A stretch of DNA of 32,000 nt, taken from Desulfocapsa sulfexigens DSM 10523. GTDB taxonomy: Bacteria > Desulfobacterota > Desulfobulbia > Desulfobulbales > Desulfocapsaceae. The notes beneath the pieces are model-generated. The model saw nothing but the letters and a program-made list of their open reading frames with translations, was not told where the DNA came from and did not search any database. Positions 1-8,457 of this stretch are shown here, one piece after another. The stretch covers positions 210,001 to 242,000 of the forward strand of contig NC_020304.1 in the NCBI RefSeq assembly GCF_000341395.1, given 5' to 3'. The stretch's first letter is position 1, and each line of letters starts with the position of its first letter. The translations under genes were made by a program, and so were the position numbers.

Positions 1-1
1 T

Positions 2-1612
2 CACCATCTCTATGTAACGTCCATCATAAGCAACCAAAGTGATACCCTGATTCGAATTCAGCAGCAATTCTCCGAGTTATATGATGAGGTGGACAAACAG
101 CTTGTGGCATTGATGGCTGTGCTTCCAGAATCTTCCCGTGCCGGAATGGAAAGCCTTCGTGATGAATATTTCACCCTTGAAGATGGTGTACAGACTGTAA
201 CTTCAATCCGTATCACCATTACTGAAACTCAGAATCAGACAGTGAAGGTTCTGGAACAGATCAATTCTGCCATAACCACAACATCACTGGATCAGGAGGG
301 AGAGTCTGCTCGTCTCATGGCTGACGGTCTCAGCCTGGCTCAAAGAAATCTGGTTATAATGTCAGTAAGTCTTGTGCTTGCCGCGCTCATGTTCGCGATC
401 ATCGCCTTTTTCCTCCATACCAGAATGATCAGGCCACTGGTCGATTTTATTGAACTGCTGCGCCGCATGACAGCACTTCTTGCCGGAATGCGGACAAAAC
501 AGGTATCCGAAGATGAAAACTTCCTCTCTCTTTCCAATATGTCAGACAAACGCCATGATGAGATCGGGGAAGTAGCCGAGGCAGTCAAACGACTGATTCT
601 GCGTTTACGTGAACTATCCATATTCAGGCAGACCATTGAAGCTGATGAGATGACAAGCGAAATTTATACCCGCCTGGCTCGAATTTTTATGCATAAGCTG
701 GGGCTTGATACGTTTATCATTTACGAAAAAAATTCAAAATCAAAGGGGATGCTCCCTATCTACTGTCAACCTCCTGAGATCGAGGAGGACTTACCGGACT
801 TCAGTGTAGCTGACAGGTGTCGGGCACAGCGAACCGGAACCCTTATTACCTCTCAGGATGATCTTTTAATCTGCAAGCAGTTTCCTCTTCATGATGTAAT
901 GCATCATGTTTGTATTCCCATGATGGTAGGTGGACAGGTCATTGGTGTGGTGCAGTTTTTGTATTCAATAGATCTTTCCCGGAGTGAGCACCTGAAAATC
1001 ACGAGGGCTATTGAAGAGGCTCGACACTATATTCTTGAAGCCCTGCCGGTGCTGCAGAGCAAACATCTTGCAGAAAAGCTTGAAGAGATGGCAACAGAGG
1101 ATCAGCTCACCGGATTATATAACAGGCGCTATCTTGAATCGTCCCTTGAACAGATCGTAGCCGGTGTACAGCGACGTCAGACAAAGCTTGGAGTTCTGAT
1201 GTGTGATATGGACTATTTTAAACAGGTAAACGACAATTACGGACATGACGCCGGCGATGCAGTACTTATCCAGTTGGCTCAACTGTTGTCCGATTCTGTC
1301 AGAAAATCTGATATGGTTATTCGTTTTGGAGGGGAGGAATTTCTTATTCTGCTGGTTGATTGCCAGGATTCCCAGGCAGCTCAGCTAGGAGAAAAAGTAC
1401 GAAAAGTAGTCGAGGAGCACAAGTTCCAGATCGGTGGTCAGTCCATACAAAAAACTTTGAGTATTGGGGTCTCGGAATTCCCCATTGACTCCGCCAAAGG
1501 AATCTGGGAAGTGATCAAACACGCTGATGTTGCACTTTACAAGGCTAAGGAACAGGGAAGAAACAGGGTGGTTGAATTCAACCTGGAAATGTGGCCCGGT
1601 GATTCCTACTAA
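2..1612 (+). CDS. Sensor diguanylate cyclase (sensor fragment - TM - HAMP-like linker - GAF-like - GGDEF), 5' end cut by the window edge
   Basis: The reading frame is open from nt 2, with no stop before the GTG at 89 used by the ORF track, so the gene probably starts left of the window. TM helix LVIMSVSLVLAALMFAIIAFFL is followed by an IRPLVDFIELL HAMP-like segment. The C-terminal GGDEF domain has DQLTGLYNRRY, DxDxFKxxND, active-site GGEEF and an RxxD I-site (RKSD) just upstream. Confidence 0.88.
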   Translation, partial: HHLYVTSIISNQSDTLIRIQQQFSELYDEVDKQLVALMAVLPESSRAGMESLRDEYFTLEDGVQTVTSIRITITETQNQTVKVLEQINSAITTTSLDQEGESARLMADGLSLAQRNLVIMSVSLVLAALMFAIIAFFLHTRMIRPLVDFIELLRRMTALLAGMRTKQVSEDENFLSLSNMSDKRHDEIGEVAEAVKRLILRLRELSIFRQTIEADEMTSEIYTRLARIFMHKLGLDTFIIYEKNSKSKGMLPIYCQPPEIEEDLPDFSVADRCRAQRTGTLITSQDDLLICKQFPLHDVMHHVCIPMMVGGQVIGVVQFLYSIDLSRSEHLKITRAIEEARHYILEALPVLQSKHLAEKLEEMATEDQLTGLYNRRYLESSLEQIVAGVQRRQTKLGVLMCDMDYFKQVNDNYGHDAGDAVLIQLAQLLSDSVRKSDMVIRFGGEEFLILLVDCQDSQAAQLGEKVRKVVEEHKFQIGGQSIQKTLSIGVSEFPIDSAKGIWEVIKHADVALYKAKEQGRNRVVEFNLEMWPGDSY

Positions 1613-1692
1613 CAGCCGTTACAGGCTCAACAACACCCCCGTATTAATAATTTGACTGCATACCAAGCGCAGCCATTTTTGTTCGTCATCAG

Positions 1693-1741
1693 AATCCCCC
1701 TGCCCATATCAGATATGATCTGCACAGGGGGATTTTCTTTT
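1693..1741 (+). terminator. Rho-independent terminator of the GGDEF gene
   Basis: A 10-bp perfect stem, aatccccctg (1693-1702) / cagggggatt (1725-1734), with an inner catatc/gatatg helix. It is followed by ttttcttt. Confidence 0.75.
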
Positions 1742-1794
1742 ATTCCATCCTGATTCTCCAGCCATTTGTCCGACTAGATACTCAAAAGGACGGA

Positions 1795-3339
1795 CTAGAA
1801 GCGGACATCCATCAGAAAATAGTAGTTATCAAGGGTTGCATCAGACTCAATGGGGGCACCAATATGCTGTCCACTCCCGCTGTAATCGTAATCAATATGG
1901 ATATATCCTGCTCTGAAGAACAGGTACCTGTTTATCGGCTGGATGTAATAGAGATCATAGACACTGCCCCTGGTTGCCAGTTTGTTGAAAAGGTCGGGCG
2001 TCCCCATGGTCATGCTAAACCAGTATTCAGACCCTTTGTTGTACTCAAAACCAATTTTAGGCATATTGAGAGCTTCAATCGGCATGGTATAACGTAAACC
2101 GGTATAAAAGGAATACCCCGAGTGATTCGACTGTCCGTCAGATGATAAGAGTCCGAATGCCCCCAAAGGCGCATTTCCATTTGCCTTACTCCGATTACCA
2201 CCATAGGAAAAGAAAAGGTCCAGTCCAGTGGCTGCGATATCAGAGGCCTGCAAGTGTATCCCCCAGAGATCCATATCCCCAAGATCCACATTGGCCATGC
2301 CGGTTTCATAGAGGTTGGGGCCAGTAAGGTAAAACGGAAGATCCCACACTTTGGCATAACTTAACACCGCAAGACTGTTTTTTAAGCCTGGAATCTTTGT
2401 TTCAAAAAAGGTGGCTGCCATGGTTGAATCGCCGGCCTCACCGTCATCAAAGAAAGGAAAAGCTGAGCCAGTATTATTGTCATCGTCTGAGTGGTAGGCC
2501 TTTCCGTAGGCAAAACGCCACCCGGCCTCCTTGAGACCGGTATAACGATCAAGACCAAAGGTCACTACAATTCCATCATTTTCACCATCAAAAAGCAGGG
2601 CAGGATATGTTGATTGACGCAGCCTGTTTTCTCTGTACTCAAAAGGAGGTCCTTCAGTGGACGGATGGCGGCCAACGGTAATTGCAAGAGGAATTGGGAA
2701 TCCTGAAGGAATCCAGTCAACATACGCTCTGTCTACCCAGAGGTTACTGCTTCCAGGGCGATGACCACGATTAAAATCATTCAGCATATATGAAGCGCTG
2801 GCATCATCGCTGTCTCCCCAGTTTTTATACATCGCCAGGCGACCATGAAATTGAAGGGAGTCTGAAATTTCTGCCTCCATGTTGATGCGAAAGCGGTTTG
2901 TCCAGTTGTTGGAGTCACTCTCCTTGTCATGATAAGTCATTGCTGCACCCATGGCCTGCGTCGGGCTCATACCCGCCATCACGTTCTGCTGAAAACCCGT
3001 CATGTCAATGGTGTTATAATTTTTTGCCCTATAATTATCAGCTCTTACCCGAAGTTCTGCACCAAAATTCATTTTATTCTGGACACTTTTGGTCTCAAGA
3101 TCATCAATAGTGTTGTAAATAATATTGATGTCTTCTGTTACTTTTTCATAATGGGCTTCTGGAACGTTCACGGCCCGCTGAGGAGTTGATTCAAGAATTT
3201 CAACGCGCCGCTGCAGGGCATCCAGTCTGTTCATTATCGCCTTATAGTCTTCTGCCGGGATGGTTACAGTTTCACCCTCAGCATATGCACTGCCAGCCAT
3301 AGTCAGCATCATGCCAACACTTACCAGAGTCTTCTTCAT
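1795..3339 (-). CDS. Outer-membrane beta-barrel protein with N-terminal coiled-coil segment (DUF3373-like by recollection)
   Basis: Start trimmed to the internal ATG at 3339, which is preceded by AGGAGG (cagcAGGAGGacagagATG). Signal peptide MKKTLVSVGMMLTMAGSAYA. Heptad-like segment IPAEDYKAIMNRLDALQRRVEILE. About 470 aa are Gly/aromatic-rich with an alternating pattern. The C-terminus is ...NYYFLMDVRF, a terminal-Phe OMP beta-signal. Confidence 0.75.
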   Translation of the reverse strand: MKKTLVSVGMMLTMAGSAYAEGETVTIPAEDYKAIMNRLDALQRRVEILESTPQRAVNVPEAHYEKVTEDINIIYNTIDDLETKSVQNKMNFGAELRVRADNYRAKNYNTIDMTGFQQNVMAGMSPTQAMGAAMTYHDKESDSNNWTNRFRINMEAEISDSLQFHGRLAMYKNWGDSDDASASYMLNDFNRGHRPGSSNLWVDRAYVDWIPSGFPIPLAITVGRHPSTEGPPFEYRENRLRQSTYPALLFDGENDGIVVTFGLDRYTGLKEAGWRFAYGKAYHSDDDNNTGSAFPFFDDGEAGDSTMAATFFETKIPGLKNSLAVLSYAKVWDLPFYLTGPNLYETGMANVDLGDMDLWGIHLQASDIAATGLDLFFSYGGNRSKANGNAPLGAFGLLSSDGQSNHSGYSFYTGLRYTMPIEALNMPKIGFEYNKGSEYWFSMTMGTPDLFNKLATRGSVYDLYYIQPINRYLFFRAGYIHIDYDYSGSGQHIGAPIESDATLDNYYFLMDVRF

Positions 3340-3398
3340 CTCTGTCCTCCTGCTGTTCACTTTAGCGAAAATCGGATTACCCGCAATTTTGTTCATCA

Positions 3399-3719
3399 TT
3401 ATTTGCCTTGTTTGGGAATAATCGCAGCAACAGGATGATCACTACCTGCTGCATGATTCTGTAAAAACACAACGATCTGATTCATTTCATCAGCATTGAT
3501 TGTTCCATTAAGATCTCCGGGGTGCCTATCTCGTTTAAAATACTTAGCCCAGACAACACCAGCTTTAGCTGCCGGGTTGACAGGTTCTGCCCCTCCTCCC
3601 TTCTTGTGACACGAACCGCATCTTTCGAGAAATATATCAAGGTCACTGGCAACTACCATGGAAGACAGGAGCAAAAAGAAACACGCTGTCACTGCAGTAT
3701 ATATAAACTTTTCGTTCAA
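3399..3719 (-). CDS. Small periplasmic monohaem c-type cytochrome (copy A)
   Basis: TTG start 8 nt after GGAGG. Signal peptide FIYTAVTACFFLLLSSMVVA. A single CxxCH (CGSCH). Paralogous to the adjacent upstream gene. Confidence 0.8.
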   Translation of the reverse strand: MNEKFIYTAVTACFFLLLSSMVVASDLDIFLERCGSCHKKGGGAEPVNPAAKAGVVWAKYFKRDRHPGDLNGTINADEMNQIVVFLQNHAAGSDHPVAAIIPKQGK

Positions 3720-3740
3720 TCAACGTGCCTCCGGCTTTGA

Positions 3741-4049
3741 TTATTTTGGAATTGCTGCAGCCACCGGGTGATCACTATCCGCGGCATGCTCCTGGAGGAA
3801 TCCAAGAATAGTCATCATTTCATCATTGCTGATCCGAACTGAAAGGTCAACGGGATGTCGTCCCCGCTTAAAATACTTACTCCAGACGACTCCAGCTTTG
3901 TCAGCAGGATTAACCGGAGCAGCTTCACCACCTTTTTTATGACATACGCCACATTTCTGGACAAAGACTGTTGCGGCATCATCGGCAAATGCAGGGGTGA
4001 GCATCACCAGTGACAACACGATACAGCCAAAAAGAATTTGAAACCTCAT
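3741..4049 (-). CDS. Small periplasmic monohaem c-type cytochrome (copy B)
   Basis: Start trimmed to the ATG at 4049, 6 nt after AGGAGG. Signal peptide MRFQILFGCIVLSLVMLTPAFA. A single CxxCH (CGVCH). By hand alignment, 52 of 78 mature positions are identical to copy A. Confidence 0.8.
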   Translation of the reverse strand: MRFQILFGCIVLSLVMLTPAFADDAATVFVQKCGVCHKKGGEAAPVNPADKAGVVWSKYFKRGRHPVDLSVRISNDEMMTILGFLQEHAADSDHPVAAAIPK

Positions 4050-4474
4050 CCATGTCCTCCTTTCCCTTATTGAAACTTGAGCTGCCGGTAAAAAGTTTCT
4101 GTTTTGAGGGCTTATTACTTTCTCCAATCCAAATACCGGGACAGGGGTGAAACAACCTGGTAAGTGACAAGAATTTACTTTCCATTATAAAAGTACCAAG
4201 AAGAAAAACACACTCCAATCGCTTAAAACACCCTATAATACTCCCATTCAATCGGCAAGATCAAAAAGTTGGATTCCCAAAAATCCTGTAAAACAATCCA
4301 TATAGTATGTAAAATCAAAGATGCGCAAAGCGACAATGATGCGATCACCTTGCCTATTCGTATATAAAATGATACGACTATCCCATGCAAAAGAGTCAAT
4401 GTATATGGCGAAATAGCAACTGCCTGTTTTTGTATTATGACGCAAGTGCATTTGGAATTACGAGAAAATAGACT

Positions 4475-6007
4475 ATGAAGCCATCACAGCATGGTATCTG
4501 GATTCTACCTGAAGACTATGTACCTTCAGACCTAAAGCATTCCTTTTCCGATACGTTTATTGTGCGAACCGGTTCTGTGAAAAAAAGTAGCCGGATCTGG
4601 TATGACACCTTTGACTGGCGCCTTTTTCGCAAAAAACAGAGGCTGACCAGTGACGGGAGCAACTGGGTCCTTGACGATTTTCAGGGACGGCAACTTGCTG
4701 TTTTGGAAAGTCCACGGAAGTCATTTCGTTTTTCCTGGCAGTTTCCCGATTCTCCACTTCGACAATCCCTTGAAAAAACATTGGATGTCCGGGGAGTTCT
4801 CCAAATTTGTGTTGAAGAGCTTGAGTCTTATTCGTTAAACCTGTGTAATACAGATGAAAATATTGTTGTCTTTCTGGATATTCAGCAATCAACGAACAGG
4901 CTGACTCGAAGCAAGAGGAGTGTCGCGCATATTAAGGAGATGCGCGGCTGTGGCAAAAGGTTCAAAAGAGCTGTCAAAATTCTTGAAAGCTCAGGTGCAG
5001 TGCAAGTAAGCAGCATTGCTGACCTATTCCCTTTTGTTCTTGAAGGAAGTGGCCGTAAGGCCCTGGATTATAATTCCGGCTATGCTGTCCCCCTAGCACC
5101 TGAGCTAAGGAGTATTGACGCGATTCGAAAGATTCATGCATTCTTACTGGAATGTATGCGTCGGAATGAAGAAGGGGTTATTACTGACCTTGATTCGGAA
5201 TTCCTTCATGATCTGCGGGTGGCGGTACGAAGAACTCGTTCTGCCTTGACCCTGTTCAAGGGGGTACTTGCAACTGATATAACGGATCGTTTCAAAGAGG
5301 ATTTTCACTATATTGGCCAAATTACCGGATCGGTTCGAGACCTGGATGTCTATCTGCTCAATGAGAAGCAGTACAAGGATAGTGTACCTGAGCGTTTGCA
5401 ACAGGGATTGACCTATTTTTTTGATAACCTTACAGAGAGCAGAAAAGAAGAACAACGAAAGCTTGTCAGTTCTATACGTAGCAAACGGTATCAACAGATC
5501 CTGACAGACTGGTCTCAACTGCTTGACAAAGAGAGTCTCCTGCCTGCAGCGGAAAAGGGTGATATACCCATTGCTGTCCTTGCTGGAAAAATAATCCATA
5601 AGCGGTTTCGCAGAGTCTTACAGGATGGTCGCAATATCCATCGAGGTACACCGGATATTGCACTGCATAAACTGCGTATCCAGTGCAAGAAACTCCGTTA
5701 CTGCCTCGAATTTCTCGCCCCTCTCTATGGGCCAAAACAGATGAAACAGTTTATTCGACAGCTCAAGATGTTGCAGAATAATCTTGGTGATTTTAATGAT
5801 CTCTCTGTACAGCAGCAGATACTTGCTAAGTATCTGTCAACAATCAAACCCGGTACCAGGAAGTCCGTGGAATTGGCGGCATCCATAGGTGGACTCATGA
5901 CTAGCCTTGCTGCACAGCATCAGTGGACAAGGGATCATTTCGAGAAGACGTTTACCCACTTCTGTTGCCCCAAAAATATGGCGCTTTATCAAAAGATTTT
6001 TGATTGA
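4475..6007 (+). CDS. CYTH-like / CHAD domain protein
   Basis: The C-terminal half has the helical His/Arg-rich CHAD signature (LHDLRVAVRRTRSALTLF, LHKLRIQCKKLRYCLEF). The N-terminal ~200 aa resemble the CYTH fold (IWYDTFDWRLFRKKQRL), but I cannot find the N-terminal ExExK motif. Confidence 0.75.
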   Translation: MKPSQHGIWILPEDYVPSDLKHSFSDTFIVRTGSVKKSSRIWYDTFDWRLFRKKQRLTSDGSNWVLDDFQGRQLAVLESPRKSFRFSWQFPDSPLRQSLEKTLDVRGVLQICVEELESYSLNLCNTDENIVVFLDIQQSTNRLTRSKRSVAHIKEMRGCGKRFKRAVKILESSGAVQVSSIADLFPFVLEGSGRKALDYNSGYAVPLAPELRSIDAIRKIHAFLLECMRRNEEGVITDLDSEFLHDLRVAVRRTRSALTLFKGVLATDITDRFKEDFHYIGQITGSVRDLDVYLLNEKQYKDSVPERLQQGLTYFFDNLTESRKEEQRKLVSSIRSKRYQQILTDWSQLLDKESLLPAAEKGDIPIAVLAGKIIHKRFRRVLQDGRNIHRGTPDIALHKLRIQCKKLRYCLEFLAPLYGPKQMKQFIRQLKMLQNNLGDFNDLSVQQQILAKYLSTIKPGTRKSVELAASIGGLMTSLAAQHQWTRDHFEKTFTHFCCPKNMALYQKIFD

Positions 6008-6112
6008 CCTTCCACTACTACAGCTACCTGAAGAGTGGATAGCAACAACCACAGGTCACTCACCTCTCCATGCAAAACCTCTTAGAACATTCCTCAAAAA
6101 AACATTAAAAAC

Positions 6113-6149
6113 AAGGGGCTTTTTAATGGGTGCCCCCTTTTCTTTTTGA
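6113..6149 (+). terminator. Rho-independent terminator after the CHAD gene
   Basis: aaggggc ... gccccctt hairpin followed by ttctttttg. Confidence 0.6.
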
Positions 6150-6237
6150 CTCGCCGATGAGATTCAAGAAAAAAAATACCTGGATCAGACAACTAACGCA
6201 AACAAAACTACTTGTCACGCCCAAATGGAGGTAACAA

Positions 6238-8067
6238 ATGATTCTACGACCCTTATTTCAGGCACTCATTCTGTCATGTCTCTCAGTTCTATACTGTAGC
6301 ATAACCATTGCGAATGAAAGAGCAGTTACTCCACAGGTACTTTCAAGACCAACGAACACGACCGTAGAGTCAAGCCATAGTCAGTCAAAAGATTTCAGGA
6401 AAGGTCCGCCTAACAAGCTTCAACCAATAAGTACATTACCCGAAAAGCTCACTCCCATGGGGTATTGTTGTAAAAATGGTAAAATCACACGGTCAACAAC
6501 AGATGTATGCAAAAAAGAACATGGAACATTCTACCGTACAGAAAAAGCCGCTACAGAACAATGCAATGGCTACTGCTGTAGCAATTTCACCATTGTCAAG
6601 ACAAGCCAACAAAAATGCAAAGCCACTCAGGGGAAATTTTTTCCGGGAAAACAGCAGGCAGTTCAGTTTTGTGAGCACCAGAAAGGTTACTGTAGCGCCG
6701 GTGGAGATATTCTGCGACTGACTCAGAATCAGTGCGAAAAACAGAAGGGCTTATTTTTCACCAACTATTCTCTTGCAAGACAAAACATTTTAAAAATAAA
6801 GCAACAAGCTCTTGTCCAAAAGAAATCCGGGCAAGATCTCCAATCGACACAATCGCCTCAACAACTGAGTGGTCTGCGCACTACACTGTCTGACCTTTAC
6901 CTGTCTCAGAGAAAGTGGTCCGCACAACCAAAATTTGGTGATAAAATTGGCTACTCCCCACTACTCAACTTGACGGTGAAAAACCAAGGGACGGCAACTT
7001 CCTCCCAAACAAACATACAAATAGTCGCGGAGCAGGCTCCTGGGGGCGTGACTGCTTCTGACACCAACATCTTACAGATGTCAATACAGATCCCTCCACT
7101 ACATCCCGGCAAGACCTTCTCCTTTGCCTGGCCTCAGCCCTCGGAAGAAAAGTGGAGAAAAGGCAACTATCGCATTCGCCTCTCTATTCCAGTTGATCCC
7201 GGTGGAGAATCTGATGCGACAAATAACGAGGTTATCATATATTTCACATGTCAATCAAACACTCCAATGTTCCAAGCAACAGCGCACCCAGGGCTTTCAA
7301 CAAGTATAAACGCACCGCTTATTAGCAGCAGTAAACCAGATCTCACTGTCACTCTTCAAGCTCCAGATACAATACTCTATCACGAATTCCTCTACACTTT
7401 TCGAGGCCAAGTAAGCAACATTGGTACTGCTATCGCGCCCAAGTCCGAGGTGTCATTAGGACTACTTGGCTCGGGAGTGATACCTGTAGACAGCCAGAAT
7501 ATTCCTGCATTAGGCACTACTATGGGTGTATTACCAACTAGCATTTTTTTAGAGCTTAAGGGCACGATCTCCTCAAGTTGCAACGGTTCAAGACAACTGT
7601 TCCTACAGGTAGATCCCGCCAATTTAATAGATGAGGCAAACGAAGACAACAATATCATAGCTTTTGATGTCGAGTGTCGAAAACCACAGTATCTCAGTTA
7701 CGATCTCGGTCTATTCGAAAAGGGATCACAGGAGGCATATGGTCTCAAACATATCGGATACACACATGAGCCTGTCAATTATTCCATAAAAGTCTATAAC
7801 TTCCGCAACAATTCAGTATCTCCGGAAACACAACTTACGGTATCCTGTGATGTAGAATCTGACCAAACTGTTGTAATCAAACCGATCAGTGCCTCAGACA
7901 GCACGATCAACTACCGTGAGTTCCATTTCACAAATAGTTGGGCAACAAACGGTAACTACCAATGTCAGGCAAAATTATCTGATGTAGCAGGATTCACGGA
8001 TTCAGATACAAGTAACAACCAAATGTCTTTTTCAGTCCAGATTACAGGCCATTTACCGGGACAATAG
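6238..8067 (+). CDS. Secreted protein: three Cys-rich repeats followed by three CARDB-like domains
   Basis: GGAGG lies 6 nt before the ATG. Signal peptide MILRPLFQALILSCLSVLYCSITIA. CARDB hallmarks recur three times: VKNQGTATS...VDPGGESDATNNEV; PDLTVT...VSNIGTA...VDPANLIDEANEDNN; and VYNFRNNS...FTDSDTSNNQM. Confidence 0.8.
   Translation: MILRPLFQALILSCLSVLYCSITIANERAVTPQVLSRPTNTTVESSHSQSKDFRKGPPNKLQPISTLPEKLTPMGYCCKNGKITRSTTDVCKKEHGTFYRTEKAATEQCNGYCCSNFTIVKTSQQKCKATQGKFFPGKQQAVQFCEHQKGYCSAGGDILRLTQNQCEKQKGLFFTNYSLARQNILKIKQQALVQKKSGQDLQSTQSPQQLSGLRTTLSDLYLSQRKWSAQPKFGDKIGYSPLLNLTVKNQGTATSSQTNIQIVAEQAPGGVTASDTNILQMSIQIPPLHPGKTFSFAWPQPSEEKWRKGNYRIRLSIPVDPGGESDATNNEVIIYFTCQSNTPMFQATAHPGLSTSINAPLISSSKPDLTVTLQAPDTILYHEFLYTFRGQVSNIGTAIAPKSEVSLGLLGSGVIPVDSQNIPALGTTMGVLPTSIFLELKGTISSSCNGSRQLFLQVDPANLIDEANEDNNIIAFDVECRKPQYLSYDLGLFEKGSQEAYGLKHIGYTHEPVNYSIKVYNFRNNSVSPETQLTVSCDVESDQTVVIKPISASDSTINYREFHFTNSWATNGNYQCQAKLSDVAGFTDSDTSNNQMSFSVQITGHLPGQ
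6460..6762 (+). repeat. Three tandem Cys-rich peptide repeats inside the CARDB protein
   Basis: GYCCKNGKITRSTTDVCKKEHGTFY / GYCCSNFTIVKTSQQKCKATQGKFF / GYCSAGGDILRLTQNQCEKQKGLFF. The first two units carry a further Cys (EQC, QFC) in the spacer. Confidence 0.7.
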
Positions 8068-8092
8068 TCACAGAATTGTCCGATGAATGATA

Positions 8093-8121
8093 CACCCTGT
8101 GAACTCTGGTCTCACAGGGTG
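8093..8121 (+). terminator. Hairpin terminator after the CARDB gene
   Basis: A 10-bp perfect stem, caccctgtga / tcacagggtg, with a 9-nt loop. The T-tract is weak (atttg). Confidence 0.5.
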
Positions 8122-8236
8122 ATTTGAAAGTACGGGAAAAAGAAGCGGTTCTAATCTTAAAACCACTGTATCTGACGGCCTATTCGAACGCGACAAGTAA
8201 CCATAATCAAAAATGGTTATGACTATTTTTGAAAAA

Positions 8237-8270
8237 TTTTGAACTAAAACGAATTTTGAGCTAAAACGAA
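8237..8270. repeat. Two tandem 17-nt units
   Basis: ttttgaactaaaacgaa (8237-8253) is followed immediately by ttttgagctaaaacgaa (8254-8270), with one mismatch. Confidence 0.7.
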
Positions 8271-8272
8271 AA

Positions 8273-8304
8273 ATGGGTTAAGCCAAATTATTGACTTAAC
8301 CCAT
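8273..8304 (-). terminator. Rho-independent terminator of tRNA-Phe
   Basis: A 10-bp perfect stem, atgggttaag / cttaacccat. On the minus strand it is followed by ttttcgtttt. It lies 11 nt downstream of the tRNA 3' end. Confidence 0.75.
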
Positions 8305-8315
8305 TGATATTCAAG

Positions 8316-8391
<76 letters not shown>

Positions 8392-8407
8392 ACCTTATGT
8401 GCAGTGC

Positions 8408-8436
8408 TATTTACTGAACATTACACTTTGTGTCAA
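8408..8436 (-). promoter_or_regulatory. Sigma70-type promoter for tRNA-Phe
   Basis: Minus strand reads TTGACA - 17 nt - TAAATA, ending about 16 nt before the tRNA 5' end. Confidence 0.6.
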
Positions 8437-8457
8437 CTGATTTTCTTCTGAAAAAGA

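Noticed and set aside
89-91. GTG at 89 as the true start of the first gene
   Set aside because: The frame is open back to nt 2. The upstream residues continue a helical sensor-domain-like sequence ahead of the single TM helix, so the gene more likely begins outside the window.
3979-4451. 90-aa and 67-aa minus-strand ORFs in the cytochrome/CHAD divergent region
   Set aside because: The region is AT-rich and promoter-like. The ORFs have no SD, and one overlaps the real cytochrome start. I also looked here and at 20178-20417 for sigma54 (TGGCAC-N5-TTGC) boxes and found none with correct spacing.
8237-8270. CRISPR-like or VNTR array
   Set aside because: There are only two directly abutting 17-nt units, with no spacers and no cas genes in the window.
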